Source: Bacillota bacterium
GTDB lineage: Bacteria; Bacillota; Ch66
Direction of reading: 5' to 3'
NCBI GenBank assembly: GCA_013178045.1
Contig: JABLXP010000001.1
Span: forward strand, 96,780 to 160,779
Length of the DNA stretch: 64,000 bases
Part shown: positions 19,901-29,274 of the stretch, piece by piece
How the letters are laid out: every line of letters starts with the position of its first letter
Numbering within the stretch: position 1 is the first letter of the stretch
Position numbers and translations under genes: made by a program
Notes under the pieces: model-generated
Database searches by the model: none
Seen by the model: only the letters and a program-made list of their open reading frames with translations
What the model was told of the DNA's origin: nothing

Positions 19901-20630
19901 GGCCAAATTATCTGAGGCGATCTCGACCCGTGATGACATCATGACTTATTTAATCTACCAAGGAATGGAACCGATTGTGGCTTTTAAAATCATGGAGGAC
20001 GTCAGAAAAGGCAAAGGACTTAAACCTGATTATGTAGCGGTCATGCGGCGCCAAAACATCCCGGACTGGTACATTTCTTCGTGCCAGAAGATTAAGTACA
20101 TGTTTCCCAAAGCCCACGCAGTGGCCTACGTGACCATGGCCTTCCGTATTGCTTACTTCAAGGTTTATTATCCTGAGGCTTTCTACGCCAGCTTTTTTAC
20201 CGTCAGAGCAGATGAATTTGACGCTCAGCTGATTGTTCAGGGATACGACGCTGTTTTGAAAAAAATCGAAGAGATAGAAAAAAAGGGGGTTGACGCATCA
20301 CCTAAAGAAAAAAACCTGCTAACAATTTTGGAGGTGGCTCTGGAAATGTATGCTCGTGGCATCAAACTCTTACCGGTTGACCTGGACCGTTCTCTAGCGA
20401 CTCATTTTTTGATTACGCCTGATGGATTACTACCGCCTTTGGCTGGTCTTCAGGGAGTAGGGGAAACAGCGGCCAGGAACATTGTGCAGGCGCGGGAGGA
20501 GCGCCCCTTTACTTCGATTGAGGACTTGCGCGTGCGCGGACGGGTTTCAAAGACGGTGCTCGACGCCCTGGCGACCCACGGTTGTTTACGCCATCTACCT
20601 CTTACGGACCAACTGGTGCTTTTTGCCTAG
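16926..20630 (+). CDS. polC: PolC-type DNA polymerase III alpha subunit with no internal proofreading exonuclease domain (1234 aa)
   Basis: Canonical proS-polC-rimP position. PolC architecture is present: N-terminal domain, OB fold before the PHP domain ([13 protein letters not shown]...AITDHG), a CPNCHH...CPRCG zinc finger, the GSRGSVGSS polymerase palm and a C-terminal HhH module. No DEDDh exonuclease segment interrupts the PHP domain. Confidence 0.85.
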   Translation: [1234 protein letters not shown]

Positions 20631-20675
20631 CTGAATTGGCTGTTTTTGTGAGTTAGCGCTTTTGCTTGTCAAGGT

Positions 20676-20704
20676 GATTGCCCTGTGCTATAATGATAAA
20701 GGAT
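20676..20704 (+). promoter_or_regulatory. Sigma-A promoter of the rimP-nusA-infB operon
   Basis: TTGTCA (20676-20681), a 17-nt spacer, then TATAAT (20699-20704). Confidence 0.55.
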
Positions 20705-20749
20705 TCAGCAGTTAAGGGAACCTCTTTCAGTGAGGAGGCAAAGAGTGGG

Positions 20750-20775
20750 TATTAACCCACTCTTTCAACATTTAT
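20750..20775 (+). promoter_or_regulatory. Leader hairpin, a candidate attenuator, in the rimP-nusA 5'UTR
   Basis: AAAGAGTGGGT-ATTA-ACCCACTCTTT forms an 11-bp perfect stem about 45 nt downstream of the promoter. It is followed by a TTTCAACATTT tract. Confidence 0.4.
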
Positions 20776-20888
20776 GAATTTTAATGGAGAATAAGGCATA
20801 GATGAACATGGCAAAATACGAATACCCTTGTTAATCTGTATAATGTCCGACACGCTATGTACAAATACGGAAGGAGGTTTGGCTGGCG

Positions 20889-21368
20889 TTGAAAAAGGAC
20901 AGCAAGTCCAAGGAAAAAGTCGAAGAACAGGTGGAGAAATTGGCCCAGCCAATTGTTGCAGCGAACGACCTGGAATTAGTGGGAGTGGAATATAAGAAAG
21001 AAGGCGGGCACTGGTACCTGCGTATTTTTATTGATCGTGATGGGGGAGTAAATTTAGAAGACTGTCAGATGGTCAGTGAGCAGATTGGAGCCAAACTGGA
21101 CGAGGTTGACCCGATTGCCGGCACATATATACTAGAGGTTTCTTCCCCCGGCTTAGAACGGCCTCTGAAGAGGGACCGCGATTATGAGCGTTTCCAAGGT
21201 CATCAGATCACGGTTAATACCTATGCACCCTATAACGGTATAAAAACATTTACGGGAACACTTATTGGACTGCGGGAGGGGATGATTGTCCTTGAGCAAA
21301 ATGGAGAAGAGATCAAGATCCCGAGAGGGCAAGCCGCCAGAGTCCATCTAGTGGCCCAATTTGACTAA
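20889..21368 (+). CDS. rimP: Ribosome maturation factor RimP
   Basis: RimP family sequence (GVEYKKEGGHWYLRIFIDRDGGV). TTG start. An alternative TTG at 20877 sits closer to the GGAGG RBS. Confidence 0.85.
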   Translation: MKKDSKSKEKVEEQVEKLAQPIVAANDLELVGVEYKKEGGHWYLRIFIDRDGGVNLEDCQMVSEQIGAKLDEVDPIAGTYILEVSSPGLERPLKRDRDYERFQGHQITVNTYAPYNGIKTFTGTLIGLREGMIVLEQNGEEIKIPRGQAARVHLVAQFD

Positions 21369-21405
21369 ATTCTTTAATAAAACCGAATATAGAGGAGGCT
21401 TAATC

Positions 21406-22461
21406 ATGAATTTAGATTTTTTACGGGCTTTAGAAGAATTGGAAAAAGAAAAAGGGCTTAGTGTTGAAGTTCTTCTTGAGGCGATTGAAGCAGCCTTAAT
21501 TTCTGCTTATAAGAAGAACTTTGGTTCTTTGCAGAATGTTCGGGTGCATATTGACCGTTCTACTGGAGAGGTTAAGGTATATGCCAGGAAGAATGTAGTG
21601 GAAACGGTGGAAGATTCGCGCGTGGAGATTTCCGTAGATGATGCCAGAAAAATTGATCCGCGGTACGATGTGGAAGACGTGGTAGAGATCGAAGTAACCC
21701 CTAGGAATTTTGGGCGGATTGCGGCACAGACGGCTAAACAAGTTGTCGTGCAACGGATTCGCGAAGCCGAGCGGGGTTTGATTTTTGAGGAGTTTTCTAA
21801 CCGTGAAGGGGATATCATTACAGGAATAATCCAACGTCAAGAACAAAAAAATGTGTTAATCGACCTGGGAAAGACGGAGGCTATTTTAGCACCTTCGGAG
21901 CAGATCAACGGTGAAGAATTCTACCAGGGAGAACGTGTTAAGGTATATATTGTTGAAGTTAAGAAAACAACTAAAGGACCGCAAATAATGGTATCTAGAA
22001 CACATCCCGGGCTGTTGAAACGCTTATTTGAACTGGAAGTGCCAGAAATTTACGATGGAGTTGTAGAGCTAAAAGCAGTAGCCCGGGAGGCCGGTTCCCG
22101 TTCAAAGATAGCTGTTCATTCACGAGATGAAAATGTTGATCCAGTTGGTGCCTGTGTTGGTCCTAAGGGTATGAGGGTGCAGGCCATTGTTAATGAACTC
22201 AGAGGGGAAAAAATTGATATAATTAAGTGGAGTAATGATCCCGCAAAATTTGTTGCTAACGCCCTGAGTCCGGCCAAAGTAATTTCAGTGGACATCAACG
22301 AAGTGGAGAAGATAGCCAAAGTGATCGTCCCCGATTATCAACTTTCGCTGGCCATCGGTAAAGAAGGCCAAAATGCCCGGCTGGCAGCTAAATTAACCGG
22401 TTGGAAAATTGATATTAAAAGTGAAACCCAATCTGGTTTAAACAGCGCTAATATCGAGTAA
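21406..22461 (+). CDS. nusA: Transcription termination/antitermination factor NusA
   Basis: AGGAGG RBS before the ATG at 21406. NusA N-terminal domain, S1 and KH domains are present. The ORF-track start is 21361. Confidence 0.9.
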   Translation: MNLDFLRALEELEKEKGLSVEVLLEAIEAALISAYKKNFGSLQNVRVHIDRSTGEVKVYARKNVVETVEDSRVEISVDDARKIDPRYDVEDVVEIEVTPRNFGRIAAQTAKQVVVQRIREAERGLIFEEFSNREGDIITGIIQRQEQKNVLIDLGKTEAILAPSEQINGEEFYQGERVKVYIVEVKKTTKGPQIMVSRTHPGLLKRLFELEVPEIYDGVVELKAVAREAGSRSKIAVHSRDENVDPVGACVGPKGMRVQAIVNELRGEKIDIIKWSNDPAKFVANALSPAKVISVDINEVEKIAKVIVPDYQLSLAIGKEGQNARLAAKLTGWKIDIKSETQSGLNSANIE

Positions 22462-22478
22462 GGCAGGAGGTGAGAAGT

Positions 22479-22760
22479 GTGCCCAGGATCAAGAAGATAC
22501 CGCAGCGGATATGTCTGGGTTGTCAGGAAATGAAAAGCAAGAAGGAGTTAATCCGTATTGTGCGTACACCAGATAGCGAAGTGTTGATTGATCCTACTGG
22601 CAAGAAAGCAGGGCGCGGTGCTTACATTTGCCCGAATATTGAGTGTTTAACCAAGGCGATAAAAGGGAAACGGTTGGAAAAAGCTCTACAACAGAGCATT
22701 CCAGCAGAAATTCTGGCCGATTTAAAAACGAAACTGGAGGCGGCCCAGCTTGCTAAGTAA
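22479..22760 (+). CDS. ylxR: YlxR/RnpM (DUF448) RNA-binding protein
   Basis: RICLGCQE...RGAYIC motif at the conserved position after nusA. GTG start 9 nt after GGAGG. Confidence 0.8.
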   Translation: MPRIKKIPQRICLGCQEMKSKKELIRIVRTPDSEVLIDPTGKKAGRGAYICPNIECLTKAIKGKRLEKALQQSIPAEILADLKTKLEAAQLAK

Positions 22761-23061
22761 AATCAAAACCCTCTTAGGACTGGGACAAAAAGCCGGTAAT
22801 GTGATTTCCGGGAGTTATGCTGTTCGGGTTGCGTTGGGGAAAAAGCAAGCCAGATTAATGGTCATCGCCGAGGATGTCTCGGACAGGACACGCCAGGAAT
22901 TGGTAGAACTGGCCAGACGTAATGAGGTGCCGATTATTGTTTTGGGGACCAAGGATGAACTGGGGCAGTGTCTGGGAAAAGGTCAGCGAGCGGCAGCGGT
23001 AGTTATTGATCAACAATTGGCTACAGCGATCCGCCGAGCTGTAAAGGAGGAGGAATCCTAA
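22750..23061 (+). CDS. ylxQ: L7Ae-family ribosomal-protein-like protein YlxQ
   Basis: L7Ae fold motifs (GQKAGNVISG ... MVIAEDVS) between ylxR and infB. TTG start. Confidence 0.8.
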   Translation: MLSKIKTLLGLGQKAGNVISGSYAVRVALGKKQARLMVIAEDVSDRTRQELVELARRNEVPIIVLGTKDELGQCLGKGQRAAAVVIDQQLATAIRRAVKEEES

Positions 23062-23099
23062 GTTATATGCTGCGGGGTTAGAATTATGGGGGTGATAGC

Positions 23100-25724
23100 A
23101 TGGGTAAAATTAGGGTACACGAACTGGCAAAAGAACTGGGCGTAAATAGCAAGGAACTGATTAATAAACTACAGGAGTTGGGGATACCAATAAAGAATCA
23201 TATGAGTACATTAGAAGATTATCAGGTGGCGAGAATAAAAGAAATCTGGCAGAAAAAAACACCAGCCATCACCGCCAAAACTGAGACACCAACGGTTGTT
23301 GAGCCTCCCCAGCGTAAAGAGAGACGCGAGACATCTCATCTGCCTGAAACACAAAAGACGGGAGTCCAAACGGTGGTGCTAAACCCGCCGAAGAGCCTGA
23401 GCCCGAATCAGGCCAGTTCTAAAGGGAATCAGCCGCGTCAGACTGGTGAGATTAAGCAGATCGTTAAAGAACGAGTCGCGATGGCTCCTCATCAACCAAC
23501 CGGGTTTAAAGGCAGCCCACACGGGACGAAAGACCGGGTGCCGCAAGGTGGGTATGACCGAATTGTCCATCCGCGGCCGGCTTCGCCGGAGGACCGGCGG
23601 CCAACTCCGCAGGGTGACCGGCGGCCAACTCCGCAAGGGGACCGGCGGCCGGTTTCACAGGGCGAGCGCCGGCCTCCTCAAGATGAACGAGGAACCGGAA
23701 TACCGCGCGACAGATTTGGGACAAATCAGAAGCGCGAACAAGTTGCCTCTCCGGTCAAGATTCTTCCTGTAGTACCTCCAGTACCTCCCGTGCCAATAGA
23801 AGGGCAACGACGAGATAAAACCGTTCGTCCTGAGAGGGGACCAGCTAGTGGGAAAAAGAGGGTTGAAGAACGGGACTTTGTCGATGAACGCTTACTTATG
23901 CCCCGTGGAAAAAAGGGACCTGGTGGGGCGGGTAAAGGGAAATCGCGAGGGGATGTAGCGGTGATCGCCACACCCAAATTAGTAAAAATTCCCGGGGCAG
24001 TGACAGTACAGGAACTGGCTGGGCTTTTTAAACGGAGTCCGGCCGAGTTAATTAAAAAGTTGATGGCTCTAGGGATATTGGCTACCATTAACCAGGAGGT
24101 CGATCCGGAAACGGCGATAATCCTGGGAACGGAATTTGGAATCAATGTCGAAGTAGAAGTTCCGAAAACCGCGGAGGACCTGTTGGAAGAAATTGTTGAT
24201 CCTCCTGAATACCTGGTTGAGCGTCCACCCGTGGTTACGGTCATGGGACATGTAGACCATGGTAAAACATCGCTGCTGGATGCGATTCGAGAAACAAATG
24301 TTACCGCACAGGAAGCTGGTGGAATTACCCAGCATATTGGGGCGTATCAGGTGGAGATTAACGGGAAAAAGATAACGTTTATCGATACCCCCGGGCATGA
24401 GGCTTTTACCGCCATGCGGGCTCGCGGGGCCCAAGTGACCGATATCGCCATCCTGGTTGTGGCAGCAGATGATGGGGTTATGCCTCAGACCATTGAAGCA
24501 ATTAATCATGCCAAAGCCGCTGGCGTACCAATTATTGTGGCTATTAATAAGATCGATAAAGCTAATGCAAACCCTGATCGCGTGAAACAACAGTTGACGG
24601 AATATGGTTTGGTTCCGGAAGAATGGGGGGGCGATACTATTTGTGTTCCTGTTTCTGCCCATACCCGGGAAAACCTGGATACCCTCTTAGAGATGATTCT
24701 GTTGGTGGCTGAGATGAGCGAAATCAAGGCCAATCCCAATCGCCCGGCTAAAGGGACAGTCATCGAAGCCCAGTTGGATAAAGGGCGTGGCCCAGTGGCA
24801 ACTGTTTTAGTTCAGCACGGCACCTTAAAAGTAGGGGATTCGATCCTGGTTGGATTGACTTCAGGCAAGGTCCGGGCCATGATTGATGATAAGGGCCGTC
24901 GGGTCAAGAAGGCAGGTCCATCTACGCCGGTTGAGGTATTAGGTTTAAGTGAAGTGCCGATGGCCGGGGACATCTTCCAGGTAGTTACAGACGAAAAACT
25001 GGCCAGACAAATTACAGCCGAGCGGCAGAACCGTAAGCGAGAAGAAGAGTTACAGAAAACCGCTCGGGTTACCCTGGACGATTTATTTAAACAGATTAAA
25101 GAAGGTCAGGTCAAGGAACTCAATATCATTATCAAAGCTGATGTTCAGGGTTCAATTGAAGCCCTGCGGCAGGCCCTGGAGCGGCTCAGTACGGACGAGG
25201 TACGGGTCAATCCAATACATGGTGGAGTAGGAGCGATTACGGAGACGGACGTGATGCTGGCTTCGGCTTCCAACGCGATTATCATTGGCTTTAACGTTCG
25301 ACCCGATAGCAATACCCGCCGGGCGGCCGAAGCTGAACAGGTCGATATCAGGCTGTACCGAGTGATCTACGATGCAATTGAAGATATCAAAGCGGCGATG
25401 AGCGGTCTGCTGGAGCCAGAATGGAAGGAAGTAGTCCTGGGGAGAGCGGAAGTCCGGGCGACCTTCAAAATACCCAAGGCGGGAACAGTTGCTGGCTGCT
25501 ATGTCACTGAGGGCAAGATCACCAAGACGGCGGAGATTAGAGTGATCCGCGACGGCATTGTTATTCACGAAGGTAAGGTTGAATCATTGCGACGGTTTAA
25601 GGATGACGTCAAAGAGGTTAGCCAGGGATTTGAATGTGGTCTCGGTATTGAGAAGTTCAATGACATAAAAGAAGGGGATATCCTAGAGGCCTTTACCATG
25701 GAGAAGGTTCAACGCGCGTTATAG
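23100..25724 (+). CDS. infB: Translation initiation factor IF-2
   Basis: GTPase G-domain ([25 protein letters not shown]) and the conserved C-terminal domains. Confidence 0.95.
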   Translation: MGKIRVHELAKELGVNSKELINKLQELGIPIKNHMSTLEDYQVARIKEIWQKKTPAITAKTETPTVVEPPQRKERRETSHLPETQKTGVQTVVLNPPKSLSPNQASSKGNQPRQTGEIKQIVKERVAMAPHQPTGFKGSPHGTKDRVPQGGYDRIVHPRPASPEDRRPTPQGDRRPTPQGDRRPVSQGERRPPQDERGTGIPRDRFGTNQKREQVASPVKILPVVPPVPPVPIEGQRRDKTVRPERGPASGKKRVEERDFVDERLLMPRGKKGPGGAGKGKSRGDVAVIATPKLVKIPGAVTVQELAGLFKRSPAELIKKLMALGILATINQEVDPETAIILGTEFGINVEVEVPKTAEDLLEEIVDPPEYLVERPPVVTVMGHVDHGKTSLLDAIRETNVTAQEAGGITQHIGAYQVEINGKKITFIDTPGHEAFTAMRARGAQVTDIAILVVAADDGVMPQTIEAINHAKAAGVPIIVAINKIDKANANPDRVKQQLTEYGLVPEEWGGDTICVPVSAHTRENLDTLLEMILLVAEMSEIKANPNRPAKGTVIEAQLDKGRGPVATVLVQHGTLKVGDSILVGLTSGKVRAMIDDKGRRVKKAGPSTPVEVLGLSEVPMAGDIFQVVTDEKLARQITAERQNRKREEELQKTARVTLDDLFKQIKEGQVKELNIIIKADVQGSIEALRQALERLSTDEVRVNPIHGGVGAITETDVMLASASNAIIIGFNVRPDSNTRRAAEAEQVDIRLYRVIYDAIEDIKAAMSGLLEPEWKEVVLGRAEVRATFKIPKAGTVAGCYVTEGKITKTAEIRVIRDGIVIHEGKVESLRRFKDDVKEVSQGFECGLGIEKFNDIKEGDILEAFTMEKVQRAL
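23592..23687 (+). repeat. In-frame 24-nt tandem repeat (about 3.5 copies) encoding (DRRPTPQG)n in the IF-2 N-terminal linker
   Basis: GACCGGCGGCCAACTCCGCAGGGT is repeated with minor variation. Confidence 0.6.
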
Positions 25725-25760
25725 AAGCCTATTCACCCGGCGGAAGGAGGTACTTACAAG

Positions 25761-26120
25761 ATGTCACATCGCGCCGTTCGCCTTGGGGAAGAAATGAAGA
25801 AAGAAATCGCTCAGATGCTAAGAGATGAGTTGAAAGATCCCCGAATCGGGTTTGTCACTGTAACTAAAGTAGATGTAGCCAATGACCTGGGACACGCCAA
25901 GGTATTTGTCAGCATCTTGGGAAGCGAGGAGGAAAAACGGCAGTCGATGCAGGCGCTGATTAAAGCGACTGGCTTTGTCCGCAGTGAGATCGCCAGAAGG
26001 ATCCGTTTGCGTTATGCGCCGGAGATCGTTTTCAAGTTGGACGAATCAATCGAACAAGGTGTAAGGATCGCTTCCCTATTGGAACAGGTCAAAGTAAAGA
26101 ACAAGCCTGAGGAGTCCTGA
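25761..26120 (+). CDS. rbfA: Ribosome-binding factor A
   Basis: RbfA family sequence with a GGAAGGAGG RBS. Confidence 0.9.
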   Translation: MSHRAVRLGEEMKKEIAQMLRDELKDPRIGFVTVTKVDVANDLGHAKVFVSILGSEEEKRQSMQALIKATGFVRSEIARRIRLRYAPEIVFKLDESIEQGVRIASLLEQVKVKNKPEES

Positions 26121-26122
26121 AA

Positions 26123-27112
26123 ATGGACAACCTGACAAGAATTGTAAAAGAGTTAGCAAATGCGCCATCGGTTCTGATTTGTTCACACGTGATGCCGGAT
26201 GGTGACAGTATTGGTTCCATGCTGGCACTGGGTTTAGCCATGGAGAAAATAAATAAAAAGGTCGTGATGGCAGCCAATGCTCCTATTCCGGATGTGTATC
26301 GTTTCCTGGCCGGCAGCCAGAAGGTCAGATTACCGGTAGAAGTGGTTGACATACCGCCAGTAGCGGTCATTCTAGACTGTACTGAGGAAGAACGGGTAGG
26401 AGATAAATTGCTTGACTTGATTAGACCGATCCCAGTGAAAATAAACATTGATCACCATATTAGTAATACCGGTTTTGGCGAATATCGCTGGGTTGACCCG
26501 GCGGCAGCGGCTACAGGCGAACTAATTTTTACCCTGTTAAAAACCATGGACGTGCCGCTTGATCCCCCCATAGCCACGGCTATTTATACAGCTCTGGTTA
26601 TGGATACCGGCAGTTTTCAATATTCCAACACCACTGACCAGACCCACCGGATTGCGGCGGAACTACTTCTCCAAGGGGCTGACCTAGATGGGGTACGCGA
26701 ATATCTGTTTGAAACTCAGCCGGTCGTGGTCCTGCGCTTGCTGGCGGAAGTGTTATCTAGCCTTCAATTATCTGAGGATGGATGGGTGGCCTGGATGGTA
26801 GTGACCCGAGAAAATGTTGAAAGTTTAGGAGTATCTAGTGAGCACTTCGAAGGAATAGTGAACTATCCCAAATCTGTAGCCGGGGTAGAAGTCGGACTCT
26901 TATTTCGTGAACTGGAACCAGGCAAAATCAAGGTCAGCCTTCGCTCCAAGCGGTTGGTAGACGTGAATAAACTGGCGGCCAGGTTTGGCGGAGGGGGGCA
27001 TCAGCGGGCGGCCGGTTGTATAGTAATTGGCTCGCTGGCAGAGGTTGTTCAGCAAGTAGTTGCGGCAGCTAGGGAAGCAGTAGCCAAGGTTAAGACTAAA
27101 GAGCTCCGTTGA
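26123..27112 (+). CDS. nrnA: DHH/DHHA1 phosphoesterase NrnA (nanoRNase/pAp phosphatase)
   Basis: DHH motifs (CSHVMPDGDSIGS, IDHH) and the C-terminal DHHA1 GGGH. Confidence 0.8.
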   Translation: MDNLTRIVKELANAPSVLICSHVMPDGDSIGSMLALGLAMEKINKKVVMAANAPIPDVYRFLAGSQKVRLPVEVVDIPPVAVILDCTEEERVGDKLLDLIRPIPVKINIDHHISNTGFGEYRWVDPAAAATGELIFTLLKTMDVPLDPPIATAIYTALVMDTGSFQYSNTTDQTHRIAAELLLQGADLDGVREYLFETQPVVVLRLLAEVLSSLQLSEDGWVAWMVVTRENVESLGVSSEHFEGIVNYPKSVAGVEVGLLFRELEPGKIKVSLRSKRLVDVNKLAARFGGGGHQRAAGCIVIGSLAEVVQQVVAAAREAVAKVKTKELR

Positions 27113-27239
27113 TTTACACGGTACCGATGAATATTGGAAAGAGCAATCTCGGAACGGAGGTGGATGTGTCTACCTGAAGCACAGATATATGGATATACCA
27201 ATCCAGAAGAAATATTTTTATGGTAACCAGGAGTATCTT

Positions 27240-28172
27240 ATGGACGGACTGATCAACGTACTGAAACCGCCAGGTATGACCTCACACGATGTGGTTGATT
27301 ACATCCGGCGGCTCCTAAAAACCAGAAAGGTGGGCCACGCCGGAACACTTGATCCCGGGGCGTCGGGAGTATTACCGGTTTGCGTTGGGCGAGCGACCCG
27401 TCTGGTTGAATTCATGAGTGAATGGACCAAAACTTATCGGGCAGAACTGGTCCTCGGGGTAAGTACTGATACCCAGGACGCTCAAGGACAAAGATTATCT
27501 GTGTGCGAAGTAACGGGCCTAACTGAAGGCGATGTTCAACAGGCAATGCGCAAGTTTATTGGTCTGATCGAGCAGACACCACCCATGGTTTCTGCTCTGC
27601 ACCACCAGGGACGAAGACTTTATGAACTGGCGCGTGAAGGAAAAACAGTTGAACGGCAGCCAAGACGGGTGCAGATTTTTAAACTCGACCTCCTGCGATT
27701 TGAACCTAATTGGCCGCACCCCAGAGTACTGTTTGAAGTCAACTGTTCGAAAGGGACGTATGTGCGGACGCTCTGTGCTGATCTTGGTTTGCACCTCGGC
27801 TGTGGTGCTCACATGTCATTCCTGGTTCGTACTAGCGTCGGACCATTTGACTTAACCGAGGCTTATACTCTTGAAGAATTAGCGGACATGGTTAAAGATA
27901 AGAAAAACTTTTTTCTTCTTCCCATGACGTTAGCTGTTTACGAACTGCCAGCCCTCGTCATCAAGTCTGATGCCCGGCCGGCCCTGCAGAACGGTCAGAC
28001 GTTAGCGGCATCTGATTTTTACGCCGCTGACGTTAACATAAAGTTAGGAACCGTAAAAATTATCACTCCAGAAGGTAACCTGGTCGCTCTGGGCCAAGTT
28101 GAGTTCGGCCAGAATAAGCAGTGGTGTTGCAAGCCGCTTAAGGTGTTAGATCCTTTACATAAATTAAGTTAG
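27240..28172 (+). CDS. truB: tRNA pseudouridine(55) synthase
   Basis: GLINVLKPPGMTSHDVV...GHAGTLDP catalytic-Asp motif. AGGAG RBS 7 nt before the ATG at 27240. The ORF-track start is 27189. Confidence 0.9.
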   Translation: MDGLINVLKPPGMTSHDVVDYIRRLLKTRKVGHAGTLDPGASGVLPVCVGRATRLVEFMSEWTKTYRAELVLGVSTDTQDAQGQRLSVCEVTGLTEGDVQQAMRKFIGLIEQTPPMVSALHHQGRRLYELAREGKTVERQPRRVQIFKLDLLRFEPNWPHPRVLFEVNCSKGTYVRTLCADLGLHLGCGAHMSFLVRTSVGPFDLTEAYTLEELADMVKDKKNFFLLPMTLAVYELPALVIKSDARPALQNGQTLAASDFYAADVNIKLGTVKIITPEGNLVALGQVEFGQNKQWCCKPLKVLDPLHKLS

Positions 28173-28225
28173 GTTAGGTAATAAAGCTGCTTAATTAGAA
28201 TTTATAAGAAGAGGAGACAGAGTAC

Positions 28226-29182
28226 ATGAAAGTGGTTCAAGACCCACAAGAGATTGGGAAAAGTTACGAAAATGTAATGGTCGCTTTGGGCAACTTTGAC
28301 GGAGTGCACCTGGGTCATCAGCGACTGATTAGAGACATGATCCAGGAAGCCCGCCAGGCTAAAGGTGCGGCAGTAGTCGTAACGTTTCATCCTCATCCCT
28401 TGAAGGTCTTACAGCCAGACAAAGCCCCCAGGTTACTCACAACCCTCGAAAGAAAAATTGAACTGATTCGTGGGTTAGAAGCCGATGTCCTGCTCCTGGT
28501 TCCTTTTACCCTAGAATTGGCCAGGCTTTCACCCCACACTTTTGTTCAGGATATTTTATACGATCGGCTTCAGGTTAGAAAGGTGTTTGTCGGTTTTAAC
28601 TTTAATTTTGGCTATCGCGGGGCCGGTAACCCCGAGCTTTTACGAACGATGGGTGGACAACTCGGGTTTGACGTGGAAGTACTTCCGCCAATCACGGTCG
28701 AAGGGACAATTGTCAGCAGTACGGAAATTCGTCAGGCCCTGGAACTAGGAGATATTTTAAGAGCGCGTACATTTTTAGGATATTGGCCGATCGTGGAAGG
28801 TAAGGTGATTTCAGGTGACCAGCGGGGCCGGCAAATAGGGTTCCCGACCGCGAATGTGGCGATCGATCAGGAACTAATGCTACCCGGACGGGGTGTCTAT
28901 GTTGCCAAGGTAAAGGTACGTGGAAAATGGTACGTCGGAGTAGTGAATATCGGAACCAAGCCGACATTCACCAATCTTGAAGTGTGGACGATCGAGGCCC
29001 ATCTTCTGGACTTCTGCCAGACAATCTATGGAGAACGGATTGAGCTTCACCTGCTCCAAAAACTTCGCGATGAATGCAAATTTAACAGTGTAAATGACTT
29101 GGTCGAACAGATAAAGTTGGATATTGCTGAGGCCAGGGTGCTTACAAATACTGCTATGTTTAACCGGGCCCAGTCTAGATAG
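28226..29182 (+). CDS. ribF: Bifunctional riboflavin kinase/FMN adenylyltransferase
   Basis: ALGNFDGVHLGHQ FAD-synthetase motif and C-terminal riboflavin kinase motifs (GFPTANV). Confidence 0.9.
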   Translation: MKVVQDPQEIGKSYENVMVALGNFDGVHLGHQRLIRDMIQEARQAKGAAVVVTFHPHPLKVLQPDKAPRLLTTLERKIELIRGLEADVLLLVPFTLELARLSPHTFVQDILYDRLQVRKVFVGFNFNFGYRGAGNPELLRTMGGQLGFDVEVLPPITVEGTIVSSTEIRQALELGDILRARTFLGYWPIVEGKVISGDQRGRQIGFPTANVAIDQELMLPGRGVYVAKVKVRGKWYVGVVNIGTKPTFTNLEVWTIEAHLLDFCQTIYGERIELHLLQKLRDECKFNSVNDLVEQIKLDIAEARVLTNTAMFNRAQSR

Positions 29183-29200
29183 AAAGATACGGGATATTTA

Positions 29201-29230
29201 TTTGCATCCATCTGATAATTATGCTACAAT
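29201..29230 (+). promoter_or_regulatory. Candidate promoter for the small-ORF pair
   Basis: TTTGCA, an 18-nt spacer, then TACAAT. Confidence 0.35.
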
Positions 29231-29274
29231 AAATTTCGGTAACGATTGCAAATCCTTGGAAAGGGGAGTTCGCT

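Noticed and set aside
23592-23687. Tandem repeats considered as a CRISPR-like or VNTR non-coding element
   Set aside because: The repeats are in frame within infB and encode a proline-rich linker, with no spacer/repeat architecture.
23726-24662. Two overlapping minus-strand ORFs (172 and 197 aa)
   Set aside because: They are antisense to infB, whose GTPase motifs are unambiguous on the + strand, and show no family resemblance.
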